Counted from the first letter of the stretch, positions 25,294-38,754 are shown. The stretch: 64,000 nt of DNA from Eledone cirrhosa (GCA_964016885.1 OZ024742.1:193130001-193194000); one strand, 5' to 3'. Notes: generated by a model from the letters alone, not told the origin. Program-made: numbers and translations.

Positions 25294-28200
25294 CCTCACT
25301 CAGAATAGGCAGCATAAATGCGCGTGGCTTGGGGTCGTCATGGAAGCAGGGCCACCTGCTCAACGACCTCAGGTCACTAAACATAGATGTAGTGGCCATC
25401 AGCGAGACCAGAATCTCCGAAGCACAGGCTTTCGCACCGATCTTCGGCGGCTACGATGTGTACGCATCTCCCAGCCGTCCGGGATCGGGGGGAGGAGTTG
25501 CTGTGCTTTTTCGGAGAGGTTGGATCTTTCCATACGGGCCATCTTCCTGGACCCAGAAGGTAAGTTGGTGGTGCTGGACGTGACCAGCGGAGACGGGCAA
25601 GCTTTCAGGTTAGTGGCCGTTTATGCCCCGACAGGAGCAGGGCGGCCTGATCTCTTCCGGCGTCTGGAGACCTTTCTTGGAACGTCCCGCTCTTTAGTGT
25701 TAGTGGGCGACTGGAACGGGATCTTAGATGCACGCTGGGATTGTGTGGGATTAGTGGATAGGGAAGGAGGGTGCAAGAGTCTCACCAACCTGCTCAGACG
25801 TTTTGAACTGTCTGACAGGTACCGAATGGATTTCCCGAATGTACCAATGTGGACTTGGACAAGTCGCATAGGGTCATCCAGATCATATCTAGATAGAGTA
25901 TTTTGTAGGGAAATAGATAGGTCTAGCATAGGCTGTCCACAATTCAAGATAGTCAGCTACACGGACCACAAATTCGTGATCTGTGTGCTTGACTTAGATA
26001 GGCTTCATAGACGAGGACCCGGCTACTGGAAGCTAAACGCGTCCTTACCAGCGCGCAAGGCCTACAGAGACCGGATTAGCGCACTAGTTAAGCGGGCGTT
26101 GACGGGGGCCATCGTCAACAACAAGTGGTGGTTTGCTCTGAAAAGAGCAATTAGAATAGAGTCCATTAGGTTTAGTAAGACTTTAGCAATAGAGAAAAAT
26201 AGAGCAGAGGGAGAATTAGTTAGAAAATTAGATGAGGCGCTTAGCAAAGGCATCGCGACCGACGTACTTGCGGCGAAATTGGCCCTTGACCAATTCTTCA
26301 ATGCAAAGCACGAAGGCTGCGTTGTCAGAGCTAGGGTGCGTGCTCTCAGACACGAGGGGACGAAAGCCGTTCAATGGGCCCGAGTGGCGGAGGCGCGTCG
26401 TGGCAACAAAGCCACGATCCGGTCTTTGGTGGACCACGACGGGCGCATGCTACTCGATCCCGGGCAAATGTGTGAAGCTTTTCAGCGACACTTCGCTCAA
26501 CTGTTCGGGGGCAGTGGCGGGCCGAATCGAGGGATGGACTTTAGTGTCTACCTCGACGGACTGCCGCGGCTTTCGGCCACTGAGGCGGAGTGTTGCGAAA
26601 AGCCGATAACAACCGCTGAAGTACGGGATGCAATGACTAGTTGCACAAGGGGCAAATCGCCTGGTTTGGATGGTCTGCCCTATGAACTTTACGTACAAAT
26701 GCCAAACTTGTTCGGAGGCCTCTTGGCGGACGTCTACTGCAACTGGCAACAGAACGGGAGAATTCCCAGCTCTGTGAACCGAGGAGCGGTGGCGCTGCTG
26801 AGAAAGGATCCGAACAAGGGGATAACATAGATAATTTTAGGCCCATAACTCTGCTAAACACAGAGTTCAAGATTTTGGCCAAGGTGCTAGCAAAGAGGTT
26901 GGCGCTTGTCGTTGGTGGTCTGGTGGGAGAGGCACAGACATGCGCCATTCCCGACAGATCCATCCACGACAACCTCCACCTCATGCGATACATCGTAGAG
27001 AAGGTAGCTAGGGAACCTGGCACGGGTGGGTCTTTGATCAATTTAGATCAGTCGAAAGCCTTCGATAGGGTCGACCATCGTTACCTAGCGGCAGTCCTGA
27101 GGGCGGCTGGCTTTGGGCCCGTCTTCAGAGGCTGGATCGCTGCCATGCACAGCGACATCTGCTCTGTAGTGAGAGTGAACGGTCACCTTTCGGAACCGTT
27201 CAACATCATGCGCTCGGTCCGCCAAGGATGTCGACTCTCGTCCCTATTGACCGTATTGATTCTCGAGCCATTACTGCAGAAACTGGAGACGTTGAGGGGG
27301 GTCCCGCGCGAACTAGGATGCGGAAGATCCGTGTCAGCATATGCCGACGATGTCACCGTAGTGGTGTCAAACGCCAAACACATCGAGGCGATCGGCACTA
27401 CACTAAGAGAATACGAAGCGGTGACAGGAGCAATGATCAACCAGGAAAAGTCAGTGGGCCTGCAGCTCGGCACCTGGAGAGGCAGGTCCATGCCGTCCAA
27501 CAGCGTCGTCGGGCGCTGGACGGACGGACCGGTTAAATTGCTAGGGGTCTGGTTCGGTCCAGACCTCCAGACGGACAAAAACTGGGACGAGGTGACGAGC
27601 AGGGTGGCTTCTCTCACCCAGAAATGGGCCGAGAGGAAGCTATCCCTGAAAGGTCGAGCGGAGGTGGCGAATGCGTACATCGCATCCGCCATCTACTACC
27701 GCCTGACCGTCGTACCTTGTCCTAAGCCCCGCCTGACTGCGCTGGAGCGTTTGCTCTTTCGCTTCTTGTGGAAGGGACGCGCTCCGATGGTCAGGCGGTC
27801 CATCTGCTGTCAACACCCGCTACGCGGAGGGCTGGGTATGCCGTGGCTGATGATGCGCAGACACGCGCTCAGGCTACGACATCTCCACCTCTTCCTCGAC
27901 GGTGATCAGGTGTGGTCGCCGTTTGCAAGAAACGTTTTTCCCCAGCTCGTCTCCTTGACGGAGCTGCAGTCCTGGGTCAAGCGAAGACCGAGAGGGAGCG
28001 CTTGGAGACTGGAATGTCTTCAGGCGCTCACAGCCCTCGACCAATCGGGCAATGTGATCGGTGGAAACTCCACCTTGGCGTTCTATAGGGGATTAGTGGA
28101 GGGGAAGAGCGACGACGTACTTGGAGAAACTCTAGGCGTCGACGAAAATCAACTAGCCAATCTCTTCGGAAGGACTTTCGAGCCGGGGCCTATGGACAAC

Positions 28201-28707
28201 TTCCAGAAATCCCTGGCCTGGCAGTGCTACCGAGGAGCTTTGCCAGTTCGGGATATACTCTACAGGCATGGAGGTGCCGTCAGCCGGGCATGTCCGAGAT
28301 GCGCGCAGGGCGACGAAACCGTCCTGCACGCACTCGTCCAGTGTCCGAGCATTGCTGACTTGTGGGTTTATGTCGAACACCTACTGTCACGTGTAGGACG
28401 GATCCAGCTATCAGCTGAGTCCATCGTGAGGATTGCCCCGCCGTCTTCCTTTAGCCGGGAAGGGCAGGCAGTTTTTATCTGTCTGGTGGCCATGGCGAAA
28501 GAGATAGTATGGTGGACACGTTTGAAAGGGCTGAAGACGAGCACTTACCTCTTCGGTGATGCCCTGATTAACTTTTTCAAATTTCATTTGAAAAGGAAAA
28601 TCAGGGTAGAGAGGGAAGTGCTCTCTTCCCAGCATTTTGTTGAAAGATGGGTGAGAGAAGCAAGTATGGCCCGAATGAATGGGCCTTCTCTGAGTATGTG
28701 TCTGTAA
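25290..28707 (+). pseudogene. C2 ORF2 (APE-RT-CCHC) with two 1-bp frameshifts
   Basis: MTSLRIGSINARGL start. Relative to C1, single bases are missing near 25519 (aggttgg vs aggtttgg) and near 26817 (caagggg vs caaagggg). YADD intact; CPRC...HALVQC. Confidence 0.9.
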
Positions 28708-28948
28708 ATTAAAGGTGGAAAACTGGGAGAGGGTACTTGCCCTGGTGGTCAGGGCCACTGTGGTCTTTTAATGGGCTTTCTCCACAAATGTCCCTTGGAA
28801 GTCTCCCTCCTATTGGGGAATTTTTCTTTGTTATTTTATTTCAACCTCTGTTTTTTACACGCAGAAATGCCCATTTGTACCGTCCTGTATTGTCCTGTAC
28901 TGTCCTTAATGTCTACTTTATGTGAACCCTTGTGGTTAATAAAGAAAA

Positions 28949-28991
<43 letters not shown>

Positions 28992-29083
28992 GGGGTGTAT
29001 AAAATAAAGTACCAGTAATACACTGGGATAATTGCTGGCCTTTTGCCAAAAGTAGAAACAATTATTATTATTATTATTATTAC
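28992..29083 (+). mobile_element. 5'-truncated SINE with (TTA)n tail
   Basis: ggggt..ataaaataaagtaccagtaat...aattgctggcc...agtagaaacaatt matches the 3' half of the SINEs at 61225, 42645 and 61962. Confidence 0.88.
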
Positions 29084-29105
29084 AAATTTAATTATCTAAT
29101 TTTAG

Positions 29106-29167
29106 AGATGATGGAGATGGTATATTCGCAGTGAATGCTTGGTATGACTCCCAAATGAATTCAATAA
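29106..29167 (+). CDS. Exon of M13 (neprilysin/ECE-like) metallopeptidase: DDGDGIFAVNAWYDSQMNSI
   Basis: tttag acceptor and gtaagt donor; VNAWY corresponds to the M13 VNAFY motif; ends in phase 1 and joins in frame to 39108. An acceptor 2 nt later is possible. Confidence 0.88.
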
Positions 29168-29387
29168 GTAAGTAGTAATAATAATTTCCTATTTACAAAT
29201 AAGGTATCCTAATTGTAGGGAGAGATGTAATAAGAATGGTGGGCATTTTCCACAAATATTCAGAGGCTGTTTTCTCCCCAACCTCAAACGGTTTAGCAAT
29301 GATTCACATACTACGATTTTCATTGTTTCCTTTTTACACACACACAAACACGCATACACATATTTCCACACACACACTCAGACACAC

Positions 29388-29389
<2 letters not shown>

Positions 29390-29440
<51 letters not shown>

Positions 29441-29681
29441 GTGTGTGTGTGTGTGAGGGTAGATAATGTTTTGTTTATGAATATCAAGAATGAATGCTGG
29501 CAGCGTAAACATCTTCAAATGAAGTCGGTGTTATAACGGTATGTCGAATCTATTTATCTATAAAACTGTTTATATTGTATTTTGTCTGATGAAGGCATAG
29601 CATATTGTTAATATGATATCCCCGAAATATATATAATGAAATAAATATGGTTTTATAAATATAGTTTTCCATTTATTTAAT

Positions 29682-29738
<57 letters not shown>

Positions 29739-29841
29739 GTATATATGTATGTATGTTTATATATATATATATGTGTGTATGTGTATGTATGTGTATATAT
29801 GTATATATATATATGAATATATATATATATATATATATATA
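29390..29841. repeat. (TA)n/(TG)n microsatellites, representative of many in 29-64 kb
   Basis: Further arrays near 37370-37450, 37905-38010, 38525-38586, 44780-44968, 45706-45764, 46845-46995, 52680-52790, 57440-57530, 59588-59658 and 63434-63567. Confidence 0.95.
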
Positions 29842-30404
29842 AATGAAAGTATAGAAATTGTTTTAGCGAGAAGCTAACAGTATTTCGTAACATATATGCG
29901 ACTATGTCGTCAAGATGGGAAAAATAGTTAACGTAAGATGTAGGAAAAATAACTCAAACCTATCTCAAAAGAGAATCAGGATATAAATTCATCCACAGAA
30001 TTTAGTGAAATCCAGGGAAAAATCAATAGACCCTTAACTCATGATAAGATAAAGTCTAAAATACTTATCCTTCAATTTAGAAAAACATCAAATGCTCTGT
30101 ATAGTCTTAAAGACTATTTCATGAACACTTTCAGTGGAAATGCTCACGGTTAGCATTCATCATCAGCAGAGATCAACATATAACCAGGGCTCTCACAGAA
30201 TTATAAGACAAAAAGGGAATTCTAATATATATATATATATATATATATTTGTTAATGTGTATTTATGTATTTTGTATATGTGTATATATGTGTATATCTG
30301 TAGATGTGTCTATATATGTTTGTATATGTGTATATTTATATATATATATATATATGTATATATATAAATATATATGTGTGTGTGTGTATGTGAATTTGTC
30401 AGTT

Positions 30405-30745
30405 GACACCTGGAACATAGCTTAAGAGAAACATGACAATAATGATAAGCACCCAATATTTTGAACTGGTTTATAGAATTATCTTGGCATTTGTTACTCT
30501 AAGCAGTGCTTTAAAGTATTAGCTTTTAAAGAATTTCCCTTTACTTTAAACCATGACCGACCCCCCAACCATCTCATAGACACCTGAAATATAGGCATTG
30601 TTAGCTTAAGAGAAACTTAAAAATAAGGAGTGAGACCCCAATTTGAACTTGTTTATAGAATTCTTTCTGCCTTTGTCACTCTAAATATAAAATATAGCCT
30701 TAAAGAATTTTAATGAATTTCCTTTTCTTTCAACCAATGATCTCC
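30405..30745. repeat. Diverged tandem duplication, unit about 175 bp
   Basis: gacacctg...agcttaagagaaac...tttatagaatt...gaatttcc occurs twice. Confidence 0.75.
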
Positions 30746-30945
30746 AACAATCCCACTCCCCACCCTCTCCTACCACCTAAAACGATATAAATACCACTAT
30801 ATTTATTTTAGACAGATTCCTGATGATTTCTAAAGAATGAAAGAGTTCTAGTCCTGTAGAATCTCATCTATATTAAAACTGTTATACTCTGCTATGTATT
30901 GAGTACCTTACTTACTGTGGTTACCTCTGATTCAACCCGGAATAA

Positions 30946-30986
<41 letters not shown>

Positions 30987-31539
30987 ATACTTTGGGAGGG
31001 TCATGTTGCCAATAAGAAACACACGCACGAGTTCAATTTATTATAATAAATTTATAAATTTAGGAATTTATAAATTTCCGGTTGGTTGGTTGGGTCCACA
31101 ACTAGATGGTTGTTTATATATTGTCATATATATATATATATATATATTAGAAAGTGAGGTTTTTTTTTACAAAATGAAAAATAACCGAGGTGTCCTACAC
31201 GAGTGAAAGTATAAAGGAAAAAAGATGAAATCGAAAATGCAACTGGAGTCTTATTAAAAAAAAAATATATATATTTATTTGGTTCCTTTACCGGTTTCGC
31301 AGTTCTTCTGCTTTTCAAAACTAGAGTTGAGATGGGGTGGACTGTGGTTTTTCTCATATCTGGTTGGTCTCTGAATGTTACTTGTTTTATATGGAAAAAG
31401 TGGCTCGAAATGCCAGGTGTTTCGAGAAGTAATTTGATTGGTTGGTCAATAATTATACTAAATTTCGCGCCAGTTCGCGTTACAAACTTCTTCAAACAAG
31501 GGGGGGGGGGTTCACAGGATGTTTTTTCATATATGAGTG

Positions 31540-32215
31540 TTTGAATTTCTTTTTACTTAAAAAAGGGGCCCACGTAGGCTTCTTTTTAATAAACGTCATT
31601 TGGTTGGTTATAAATGAAATTATGGCTGTCACGTGAACAAGTTTTCATTAAATTTTCGCGCCCTTCTTTGGAAATCTATTCTGTAGCCTTTTTAGAGAAT
31701 TTTATGAGAAGCAAAAGATAATGGTCAAGAGAAATGGGATGGGAGAATTGTTCTTATTCAGTGAATATGGTTAGTTCGCTGGGGTGTCAGAATTCAGATT
31801 TTTTATTGAATAAAGAAAGTAAAGATATGTATGTTTATTTGTGTGCTTGTGTGTGTGTGTGTGTGTGTGTGTCTGTGTGTGTGTGTTGTGTGTGTGTGTG
31901 TTTGAATTTCTTTTTATTTAAAAAAATGGGGCTCACGGAGGCTTTTTTTAATAAACGTAATTTGACTGGTTATACATGAAATTATTGCTGTGACGTAAAC
32001 AAGTTTTCATTACATTTTCGCGCCCTTATTTGGAAATCTATTCTGTAGCCTATTTAGAGAATTTTATGAGAAGCAAAAGATAATGGTCAAGAGAAATGGG
32101 ATGGGAGGTTTGTTCTGGTTCAGTGAATATGGTTAGTTCGCTGGGCTGTCAGAATTCAGATTTTCTATTGAATAAAGAAAGTAAAGACATGTATGTTTAT
32201 TTGTGTGCTTGTGTG
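31540..32215. repeat. About 360-bp tandem repeat (2 copies) 3' of the Penelope ORF, probable pseudo-LTR remnants
   Basis: 31542-31850 is repeated at 31902-32212; shorter duplications at 32230-32450 and 32460-32520 vs 32665-32722. Confidence 0.85.
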
Positions 32216-32633
32216 TCTGTGTATATAGGTGTTATGTGTGTGTGTGTGGGAGTATGTTAAGATGGAGAGAATATATATTTTGTGTGTGTATATATGTGTG
32301 TAGGAAAGTGATTCTATTAGTAGAAATGGGGGAGGGGAGTTGTGTGTGTGGGTATGGGTGTTATGTATGTGGGAGTATGGTTAGCATGTTAAGATGAAGA
32401 GAATATATATATATTGTGTGTGTGTGTGTAGGAAAATGATTCCTTTAGTAGGAATATTTTTGAATAGACATATTTTCCTTACTTATTCGTATTTGTTCTG
32501 TTGTATTGTCAGTGCAAACGTATGTTAAGGTTTATTTAGTTCGGGTTTTTATTTTCTAAAGTAGAAGGTGTTATGTATGGGTGTATGTGTCTGTTTGGAT
32601 GGTTAGCATGTTTTTGTATTGACATAATGTATA

Positions 32634-34757
32634 TTAAACCATATTTAATACTGGTCTATATTTTTGAATAAACATATTTTCCTTATTTATTCGTATTTGT
32701 TCTGTTGTATTGTTAGTGCAAAGGTAAAATGGGAAGACTTGGAATTTGGGTGTCTTATTACTTGCGCATATGTATAGATGTGCGCTTAGTGGTATCTGTC
32801 TCGTGGTTGGATCTCGTAATTGTTGGCGATGAACTGTCATTCTGTTTCTGAGTGTGAGTTTAGTTTGTCCTATATAATCTTCATTGCATCCTTTACATTT
32901 AATGGCATAAAGTAGATTTTTTGATGAGCAAGTGAAGTGATGTTTTACAGTAACATTTTGTCCTGATTTAAATGTATACGTATTGCCTTCAATAAGGTGA
33001 ATGCAGATTGCACAATTAGAGCGACCACATTTTTTGACACTTGGTTGTGGGTTTGTGCTAGGTAATTTGGTATTGGTGAGTAATGTTTTCAGTGAATTCG
33101 GTTGTCTTTTGCTTTTGATTATTTTGTGTGTTTCAAGGGATTTTTCATTCTTGGGTTTTGTTTTAGTAGTAGGATGTTCTTGTGAATAATCTTGTAAGCT
33201 TCCGTATTTCTTGGGTTGTGTGTTGAGATATATGATAGAATATTGGACGTACCTTGAATTTGTTTCTGTTTTCGTAATTCATCAATGCCTATTGCTTTAG
33301 CCCTTTCTATCCCATTATTTATTATTAATAGTGGGTACTCTCTTTCGAGTAGAATTTCCTTTAATTCTTGAAGTCTTTTATTTCGCGTTTCATAATTGGA
33401 GACAATTGTGTAAACTCTTCTGGCTAGTTTAAAAGGAATGTTCGTCTTCGTGTGCTTTGGATGGTTGGAGGTGAATCGCAGGTACTGTTTGGAATTTGTT
33501 GGTTTGTAGTGTATGTCAGTTTCAATATTTGTGTCTTTTTTTAAGATTAAGATGTCCAGAAATGGGAGTTGATCTTGGCTGTATTCCATTGTTAATTGGA
33601 TGTGGTTATTGATGCCGTTTATTAAGTTTTTGAAATCCTTCAGCTGGTCGAGTGTGTGGGACCAAAGAATGAGACAATCATCCAAGTAGCGTTTCCAATT
33701 CTCTGATAAATATTTGTGGAAGTTCAATCCGTATTTTGATTTGGACTGTTCATATATCTGGACTTCTAAGTATGCCATGACTAAGTGGGCATAAGTTGGA
33801 GCGGCTTTTGTACCCATCGCAGTCCCCGATATTTGCTTGTAAGTACTGCCATCGAAATCAAAAAAGTAGTTCTGTGAGATGAATTTTAATCCCTCGGTGA
33901 TGAAGCTTTTTTCTATTCTGTCAGATATCTCATTGGGATATTTCTCTAGCCAGAATCCTATTGCTTCTGGTCCGTATTGGTGTGGAATCGTTGTGTAGAG
34001 ATTCACTACATCAAAAGACACAATAATAGTGTCGTTGTTGACATGTTTGGGGAGGTGGTTTAAGAGGTCCAGATTGTCTCTTACAAGGCTTGGTATGTGT
34101 TTGAGAATTGGTTTTAGTAGTATTTTAGTCTATAAAGTTGCTCAGTCTCTGTGTTTCACATTGTGGGCCCGCTACAATTGGTCTTAATTTAAGGTCTGTG
34201 GGGTATTGTGTGTTCACGCAGGCTGAGGTGGCTTGTTTACAGGCATCGTTAATTATTTTAAACTTGTGGATCTTCGGAAGTCCGTAAAGCTTGCTGGTTT
34301 TGTATTCAAAATGTGTTAAATAATCGCGTTCCTTTGTAGTTAGGTATTCCTGGTATCGATAAATCAGTGTGTTTAATCTGGTCATTGTTTTGATTGCTGG
34401 TAGTTTTTTACTCTTTCATAGTAATTAGTATTTTAGAAGAGAGAGAACATAGAATTTTTATATTTTTCAGCCTCCATAATGACAACAGTACTTCCCTTGT
34501 CCGCTTCCTTAATTATAATGTCCGTATTGTTTTTTAGTTCATGGATAATCTCCCATTCCCTTCGACTAGTGTTGTGTTTGGGTTTAGGTTGCGGTAGTTC
34601 ATGGTATGGGAAGGTAACTATGTGGTCACAAAATTTGTCCAGAACTCTGTTTCTACATTTTGCTGGGTTGTAGCTGCTTTTATTCCGTACAATTGATTCG
34701 TCGTTATTCTCCTTGTTAAAGAATTCTTCTGTGCGACGTAATTTTCTACAGAAGTGT
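32634..34757 (-). mobile_element. Penelope-like element (RT + GIY-YIG), degenerate and 5'-truncated
   Basis: KEADKGSTVV, LYGLPKIHK, LRPIVAGP, SFDVVNLYT, GTAMGT, RYLDD, LPFLD; then CGRSNCAIC...LLYAIKCKGC..YIGQT...RMTVH. Confidence 0.93.
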
Positions 34758-37366
34758 GAGATATATATATATATAAATAAAATAACAGGAGGCTGGACTG
34801 GTATAAATCCTTGAAAAGTTTATTATGCTATCATCATTTCAATGACTGGGTTCCGTATGAATCCGGTGATATCATCAGGTATTCGAAATATAACAAAGGA
34901 ATATATAAAATCCATGGGTCCGAAATCAAAGACAGAGAGGACGTCTGACCAACTAGCTGCTTTCACCTCGCCAGTCGCCCTCATGTGATGGCAATTCGGC
35001 CTACTAATGACCATCTGGTGAGGGGCGAAGGCTTATAATGTACTACTACCTCTCCGTCAGAGAATAAAAAAAAAGAAGAAAGAAAGAAGAACAGTCAGCG
35101 CAAGGGTCACACTGCAGTCATGCTAGAAGACGCCTCGAAAAATGTTATTCCCAAGAACCCATATTTTAACAAAGGCATATATATGGGTGTCTGTATGGTC
35201 TAATGTGTGAACAGAAAATTGGAACGTTAACTATGTTAAGAGTTATAGAATAACATTAAATTATTAGAAAATTAATAGAAAATTAAAGGTTTGTGTTGCG
35301 AGATTTATTTAATGAAATTACAGAGAGAGTCTTATATGAAAAAGTTTAAGTGGGAATCTCGATAAGTTATCAAGGTGGGATATAGAGTAAAGATATCTAT
35401 CTTTACATATTTATCTCCCTTGATCACTAATTATTTCCCTTTGAAAATCACTTGTATACTCATTTTTGAATCAAAACATGATGGACGTTTTAACTATTTC
35501 TAGCTCGTTGTTTTTTTACTATCCAAGTACCGCCTTTACTGCAGGTTCTTCACTTTGGTGATTCTTTTCGCTCTGATGAGGGCACTAAATCACTCATTTA
35601 TTTTCATTGTACGGGTATCGATTTTTAATCGGTATTCACACCCTCGAACTGCATATGGATGGTTAGTGTTTGAAAAAAATTGAAGGCCATAAAAAACATA
35701 TGTATTCATTAACATTGTTGTTCTCTTCAACATTTTATATATGCTTTTTTGCTCTGCTTATAATAATAATGTTGCTAGACATATTTCCTTCTATTTACTC
35801 GCTTAGTTTGCTTGTCTTGCAATCTATACGTATTGAGCACACTAACCTCCTCTCTACTGGCTTGTATTCTGCGTAACTAATTATCTCTTTCTCCTTTTTG
35901 ATTAGTTTGCTTGCTTTTATATATTGCTGTTACCTCCAGCTAAAGGATGTTCAAAAGAATATAAGATCAAAGCCTGCTGTGACAGACATTAGCGCAATCA
36001 GAGAAACTGATATTATGTTTTTTTTTTTCAAACCTGCTTAAACAATATAGTTTAACTAGTGTCGCAAGGTCTTGTGTTTTGTAGGAATGTTAATTGACTA
36101 GATAAATAGGTGGTTTGCTGAATCTTTCCAAATACGTGATTATCTTAGAAAGGACACAAATTTTGTGCTAAAACTCTGAGCTCCACCACAAATAATTTAG
36201 TGATACAACATGCAATTTTACACTTCGTGTAGTATTAACAACTGCTGCTCTACAAATCCTGACAGTCTCGTGTACGCTTTCTATAGCAATACTATTTTGT
36301 TTGGAAAATTGATTTCACCGTCATTGGTCTCTCTTAGAGAGAAATTCATACAGCCAAATACATTGTTGAATAATCACATAGACCTAGATTTTGTGATTGG
36401 GAATTAAATATTTATATAATCTCTAGAATGTTATTATATCTCAACTTTGCGCCTCGATTACACACTTGGATTGCGGCGTCCAGAATGCAGAGGCATGGAA
36501 GATATCTAAATACAAGGAATTGCTCAAAGGCGACATTTTGTTGCCGGTTGTTGTCGAAAGCTCTCGTGTCCTCAGTCGTAGAATTACTCTACAATATCGG
36601 TAGGAGTGCATCCCTCACGAAGAAAAAGCCCCACGATTTGAAATGGTTGATGAAGTCGGTGTGGTTGACAGTTCTCTGCGGCATTGTTTCGCTATCTTGT
36701 CTTCGGGGTGCAGCTGAGGAATACCATCAAGACAGAAATGTAGACTTTGCTCCTCAATTTTCACATCTCCTTTTTCATTATTTAATTATTCTCGCCTTTC
36801 TTTTCTCTCTTTCTGTTTATTATGTTTTCTTCTTTTAAATACATTCATCATTGTATAATTCTATTCAACAATAAATCTATTTTCTTTCTATATCGACCTA
36901 AGAAAGAGGACTGGAAAAGTGGAACTCAGCATTTGAAAAAGATGTGCAAACAGAACAAGGCACTTTCTAATTCCTTTGTCCTATCACTCGGTCAAAACAT
37001 AATTATAGATTTTGCAGCATTCTAATTGCTGTTCAAATAATATAAATTGAAACCTTATGGCTCAGCGATACAAAATGTCTTGATACACGCAATGCAACAT
37101 ACATACACACGCAAAGACAAGTATATAAATACACACCTATCTATCTATCATGTCTTTATCACCCTGCCCTTCTCAGTCTCTCACTCTCTCTCTCTCTAAT
37201 ATATATATATATATGTGAGTATACATGTATACAGAAATACATATATATTCTTCCCCATATACATACGAACTCAAACACACACATATATATATGTACACAA
37301 ACACACGCAGACACACACATATGTGTGTATGAGTGTGTGTGTGCGTTCGTGTGTTTGTATGGATTC

Positions 37367-37458
<92 letters not shown>

Positions 37459-37919
37459 ATTACTGTATACATGTATATGTGTTTGTGTGTGCGTGTGTGT
37501 GTGTTGCTTCTAAATTAGCTGCCGACCTGATGTTGTGTTCAAGGTAAACAAATTATCCGATCGCTCGCAATTCATTATTTCATAATTAAATCGTTTTCCC
37601 TAGTTTTGGGTTGTGTTTGTTTCCTGTCAAATCGATCAGCATAAAATTGTATGCTCTATACTTAATAGCAGTATCACATGCAATTGTAGACTACATTAAG
37701 AGGCCATTTTAATATGAGAGCAGACAATTTTAATAAGATTAATGAAATGCAGTCGCTTCAATTGACATATTAATCCTTGAAATGTAAAGTAACTATTGTT
37801 TCATTTATTGGGGATCTCGTCAAATGATAAATTGTTGTTTGCTTTGCTGTCTCTATCGATCTAATAATGATGCGGAAAATCTACACACGAAGGCATACCC
37901 CTTAACACACACGCACGCG

Positions 37920-38016
<97 letters not shown>

Positions 38017-38297
38017 TTATATTTATATGTGAGTACCCGTTTCAATCTGTGGTAACCACTGTCAGAAAAGTACTGAGTATTCAATACATTAGTAGATTTT
38101 AAAGAACATGATTTATATAGAAATGGCTTCTGCAAGACTAGAAGGGGATGAGCCATGGATACGCGGCCTGTTGTGCTATTGACTAAAAATAATTTATTCC
38201 TTGTTGCACATTCTGTTAGAAGTCAGGACCGGCTTATAGTATCAGCAACATAAAGACCAATGGAAACATTGGTTAATTATTCCAGTCTGTAGATCGA

Positions 38298-38334
<37 letters not shown>

Positions 38335-38516
38335 GTGTGTGTGTATGAGTTCAATAAATTATTTATGATATATAGTTTAGCGTTGTATGTTTCGACCTCT
38401 GCAAACTTTGCCGCATGATTGTCGTATTCTCTATATTATCAACATAGATAAACTGTAATAATGGACCTATGTACATTCAGACAATATTAGATCTATAATG
38501 ACTCAATGTAAATGTA

Positions 38517-38587
<71 letters not shown>

Positions 38588-38589
<2 letters not shown>

Positions 38590-38704
38590 AAAATGTTTAA
38601 CCCCGACGGCAGAGCTCAAGCCGTTTCGACGGCTATTTCTGGACGCTAATATTGAGTACTCCGGGGCGTTATGGTCCATCTGGTTCCTTACCACACCTCC
38701 TTCG
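38588..38704. repeat. Short PLE pseudo-LTR derivative with internal inversion, within (TA)n
   Basis: 38588-38643 matches 47858-47912; 38646-38704 matches 50478-50540, i.e. the opposite orientation of the same unit. Confidence 0.75.

Positions 38705-38754
<50 letters not shown>

Larger units (their letters stand above)
23365..28949 (+). mobile_element. Tx1/L1-clade element C2, full-length, few lesions
   Basis: Same 5' start (ggcga...) and 3' end (ggttaataaagaaaac) as C1; flanked by (ATT)n at 23296-23364 and 28950-28991. Confidence 0.96.

Noticed and set aside
6389-28758. ORFs antisense to the retrotransposon ORFs, and poly-Leu ORFs
   Set aside because: Shadow frames of RT genes and (TTA)n runs; no independent motifs.
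6204-29083. Repeat-spacer periodicity suggestive of CRISPR or telomeric arrays
   Set aside because: The repeats are trinucleotide microsatellites, the spacers are kb-long retroelements, and the locus lies beside spliceosomal exons.
30815-35660. CTGATGA motifs near 30820 (+), 34880 (-) and 35574 (+)
   Set aside because: Stem I or GAAA could not be completed; likely decayed PLE hammerheads.
36260-36305. LVYAFYSNTILF resembling the M13 VNAFY exon
   Set aside because: No Asn and no suitable splice sites; 29106-29167 fits motif and phase.
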